This document shows positions 63,633 to 64,000 of a stretch of DNA of 64,000 bases, piece by piece. The stretch spans positions 9,329,751-9,393,750 of the forward strand of contig OZ037773.1 of the NCBI GenBank assembly GCA_964035545.1, given 5' to 3'. The position numbers and the translations under genes are program-made. The notes under the pieces were generated by a model. It saw nothing but the letters and a program-made list of their open reading frames with translations. It had not been told where the DNA came from and ran no database searches. Position 1 is the first letter of the stretch, and each line of letters opens with the position of its first letter. Source of the DNA: Bugula neritina. Lineage: Eukaryota > Animalia > Bryozoa.

Positions 63633-64000
63633 GTAAGGTTTAACAACCTGCTTTCAGCTTTGGTTGGAAACAATCAACATGATATTAAAATTTTGAGCTT
63701 TTGCATTATGCATAGTATATTATATTAGTACTCTTGTACGTGTTGGAAGTATGTAGGCCAAATTATTGTACACATGCAGTCAGGGTTGGGGTCAATTACA
63801 TATGAATGTAATTAATTACAATTGCAATTATATGAGAATTTGTCCATTACAAATACAATTATAATTACAGTTCAAATAAGTGTAATTAATCACTATTCCA
63901 ATTACTTTTGTTCTCCTTCTGGAGTCAAACTACAACGGGCAATTTTGACAACATACAGCCTTCTTTGTTCTCAGCAGTAACCAATAGGGTGACAAATACA

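Overview
AT-rich, intron-containing animal (probably invertebrate) genomic DNA. Almost the whole window is a + strand tandem cluster of two kinds of modular gene. Both start with a single large intronless exon of ankyrin (ANK) repeats, joined through phase-1 introns to one of two effectors: a C14A caspase (THG/SHG...QACSG) or a TKL/RIPK-like non-RD kinase (HMDIKPHN, DFG). Order: A0 (caspase 3' end, 1-765); A1 ANK-caspase (intact); A2 (nonsense codon in p20); A3 (2-nt frameshift); K1 ANK-kinase (intact); K2 ANK-kinase (decayed); A4 ANK-caspase (intact, but carrying a kinase-type ANK exon and linker exon); K3 ANK-kinase (intact); K4 (ANK exon, runs off the window). The most notable signals are the non-canonical ANK-caspase architecture, the same ANK module appearing on both a kinase and a caspase, and variation concentrated on the predicted ANK binding surface. 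Together these suggest a diversifying innate-immune or cell-death sensor-effector locus; that function is inference. Also present: three catalytically dead caspase relics, RTE-like LINE fragments, one young 5'-truncated CR1/L2-like LINE, two copies of a CAC...GTG MITE inserted at near-identical targets, a 1.9-kb (CCTTGTG)n satellite and several mini/microsatellites. Exon boundaries were read by hand from GT-AG sites and frame continuity.
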